64,000 nt of DNA from Lepidodermella squamata (Eukaryota; Animalia; Gastrotricha). A program made the position numbers and the translations under genes. The notes beneath the pieces were generated by a model, which searched no databases, was not told where the DNA came from, and saw only the letters and a program-made list of their open reading frames with translations. Shown piece by piece: positions 62,690 to 64,000 of the stretch; position 1 is the first letter of the stretch, and every line of letters starts with the position of its first letter. Where the stretch lies: the NCBI GenBank assembly GCA_047495785.1, contig JBLDXI010000025.1, forward strand, positions 310,001-374,000. The letters run 5' to 3'.

Positions 62690-63252
62690 AACTTATCAGT
62701 TTTCAATGGCTCAGTGTTTTAACATTAAAGATAAGTGTCGCGACTTTCGAAAAAATGTGAATGATTTTTCTTTCACTCTTGAAGCCATTAAATCGGAAAT
62801 CGGGGCAAATTTATGAGCAAACCATATCGTTCGTGGCGCGGAAGAACCAGCACTTCAGGCAAAAAAACTCGTGTACACGAGTACAGTATTTTTACTCTGT
62901 ACATTCTGGTACAGTTTTGCTGGCCGTAAATATCAGTACGGCTCACTCGGCTGTAGAGCGAGTACAGTTGATCCGGCTGTATATGAGATGTACAGTGCTC
63001 TCCTAACATTGGGTAGCATTGGGTACAGCTCATTGAGCTGTAGTCCAAGTACAGTCAAATGCACCGTACTTACTGAGTACAGGGGTGGCTGCCGTAATGA
63101 CTGTGCACGGTTCGTCCAAACCGTACTCGAAATTACAGCAATTCCCCATGTTTTATAACGTCGCACACCGCACAGAGATTCTCAAACTGGGGGCCGAGTC
63201 AGCCGGGGGTCATCTAATGATATTATTGAAACTGCAAAATTGCGGGGATTCG

Positions 63253-63437
63253 ATATCGTTAGCGACGCGCCAAAACAACCACTTTACTATCTATAGATTT
63301 TATGAGGAAAGTACGTTCGAAATTAGGAAAAAATCGGTGTTCAAAAGGCCTAACGTACTTCAAAATTACGTTAGGCGACTAAAAGTACGATCGAATGAGT
63401 CATCTAAGTGGTTGTTTTGGCGCGTCGTTAACGATAT
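63253..63437. mobile_element. Small MITE-like inverted repeat (about 185 bp)
   Basis: ATATCGTTAGCGACGCGCCAAAACAACCACTT and AAGTGGTTGTTTTGGCGCGTCGTTAACGATAT, 31 of 32 matching. Confidence 0.7.
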
Positions 63438-63817
63438 ATTTCTGGTCACCCATCCAGAAAAATATACGAAAATAGCGTTAGCTCAGAGAGCTAAGTGCCG
63501 CTAGGGATATGGTAAGGACTGGGATTCATAGTAAATTCGTAACCGCAAATTCGTACAGTGGTTGATTCATAACGTGATATTATCGTACAGAGTAAGTTCG
63601 TATCAATACATTTTCATATTAAAAGTGGTGACTTTTTCGTAGCAAAATAAATTATCATAATTTCAATTCGAAAGTGGTGATCTTTTCGTAACCGGACCTA
63701 AATGATAACACAAAATAGTGATCGTTTCGAAGCAAACGCGTGATATGATGTAATATTCTCGCCCTTAAAACCGTGGTTTCGCTGATTCGGCACCCATTCA
63801 TCGTGATTTTGCGTAAG

Positions 63818-64000
63818 ATGCGTTGTACAATTTGCAATCAAGTTTGTAAAAATGAGCGCGGCCTTAAGATACATGTTGGGCGTGTGCACTCGGATAAGGC
63901 TAGGGTAGATGTAGCTGAAAATCATGCTGATAACACAGCTTCATCCTCTGCGGCGAGCCTAACTCTAAATAATACAACTATCTCTGGCCTGCTCCCGAGA
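63818..64000 (+). mobile_element. Start of an ORF with an N-terminal C2H2 zinc finger, probably a restriction-like-endonuclease non-LTR retrotransposon; runs off the window
   Basis: MRCTICNQVCKNERGLKIHVGRVHS... is open to the window edge. The CKN.RGLKIH finger resembles the N-termini of CRE/HERO/R2-group elements. Confidence 0.5.

Noticed and set aside
62860-63130. Recurrent GTAC/GTACAG motifs, considered as a CRISPR-like array
   Set aside because: No constant-length repeat or regular spacers; eukaryotic context; more likely a degenerate repeat interior.
1-64000. Prokaryotic operons or defence systems; alternative genetic code
   Set aside because: Genes have spliceosomal introns and metazoan domains; the standard code translates all intact genes, and in-frame stops occur only in copies with other lesions.

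Overview
Eukaryotic (invertebrate animal) nuclear DNA with GT-AG introns; the taxon cannot be determined from the sequence. Left to right: the 5' part of a Cys-loop receptor gene; a non-redundant tRNA cluster (10 full-length genes, one carrying a D-arm duplication, plus a Pro fragment) split by a GABA-B-like class C GPCR gene; a 12-exon receptor pseudokinase (C-type lectin, ephrin-receptor-like Cys repeat, plexin/Met-type IPT domains, mucin stalk, TM, RYK-type kinase domain); a small secreted two-repeat protein; an S10 serine carboxypeptidase; an NRF-6-like acyltransferase with an intronic Tc1/mariner-type element; a secreted sushi-repeat protein; an intronless Cys-loop subunit; an orphan single-pass protein; GPLD1; a tandem array of four more class C GPCRs (two intact, two pseudogenes); an M13 peptidase; a sixth class C GPCR; and a repeat-rich end. 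The most notable items are the RYK-like pseudokinase with no recognisable WIF domain and the local expansion of tail-less GABA-B-like receptors in two clades, one of which has lost both cysteines of the TM3-ECL2 disulfide. All gene models were spliced by hand and no database searches were run.
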